DNA of 64,000 bases from Callorhinchus milii (taxonomy: Eukaryota), in the NCBI RefSeq assembly GCF_018977255.1, contig NW_024704742.1, positions 138,076,001 through 138,140,000 of the forward strand, read 5' to 3'. The position numbers and the translations under genes were made by a program. Positions 63,466 to 64,000 of the stretch are shown in pieces. The notes below the pieces were generated by a model that saw only the letters and a program-made list of their open reading frames with translations, was not told where the DNA came from and ran no database searches. How positions within the stretch are numbered: the first letter of the stretch is position 1; each line of letters starts with the position of its first letter.

Positions 63466-64000
63466 ATAAGGAACACCACCTATTGCCTTTGGCACTCAGC
63501 TATCTCTTCACCTTCGGTATATCTGGCTTTGAGGCCAGGACTCCATGAGTAAGAAACTCACTTCACTTTTCCCTACAGCATTGCGGGATCTTTAAAGTCC
63601 AACTGACCAGGGCACAGACTCAGTTGAACGTCTCATCTGAAGAACGGCGTGTCTGACAATCCAGCGCTCTAATTCCCCCCCAGCAAAGTGGGGCTCGAAG
63701 TCACAACTGGGTACTGGATAAGCAGTAAAACCCCACGTCAGAGACTCTGAGCTCACAGTCCTGGCTGGAGCTATTTGAAAAGAGAAGGAAGTTTCTCTCG
63801 CTCTCTCTCTCTTCCCCCAGTGTCCAGGCCAACAACCCCCGGATGCAATCCCTCACTCACTTCACGGCTGTTTGTGGGATGTCGCTGTGCATAAAACAGC
63901 TGCCGTGTTTGCCGACAAAAATACAGACAGTACACAGTCGTGGCACAATTCCTGCTCCCAGACACAGTACAAAGACGAGAGTTAAAACGAGACAATTCCA

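Noticed and set aside
60894..64000. Search for CCL19-like exon 1
   Set aside because: Only SINE, L2 and CR1 sequence; no ATG plus hydrophobic leader plus phase-1 donor found, so it probably lies outside the window

Overview
Repeat-dense vertebrate genomic DNA, probably a cartilaginous fish (inferred from the SINE, L2, CR1 and satellite repertoire). Most ORFs in the supplied track are artefacts of simple repeats or broken LINEs. Reading splice sites by hand gives three intron-containing genes. (1) A complete 3-exon CCL27/CCL28-like CC chemokine on + (5761-7072, 92 aa). (2) A complete 7-coding-exon PHF24 on - (31558-18363, 400 aa). (3) A CCL19-like CC chemokine on - (exons 2-4 at 60893-59606; its signal-peptide exon probably lies beyond the window). 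The rest is tRNA(Ala)-headed SINEs, Deu-type SINEs, L2 and CR1 fragments, a 774-bp solo LTR with a GATT target-site duplication, and many satellites. The most unusual signals are: a U2-snRNA-derived structured segment joined to the 3' UTR of an unclassified CCHC-bearing LINE family (a candidate snRNA-headed SINE); minisatellites born from that family's 3' terminus; a near-identical inverted duplication bracketing the PHF24 5' end; and PHF24 lying between the two chemokine genes. Exon coordinates were read base by base. Repeat boundaries are approximate.
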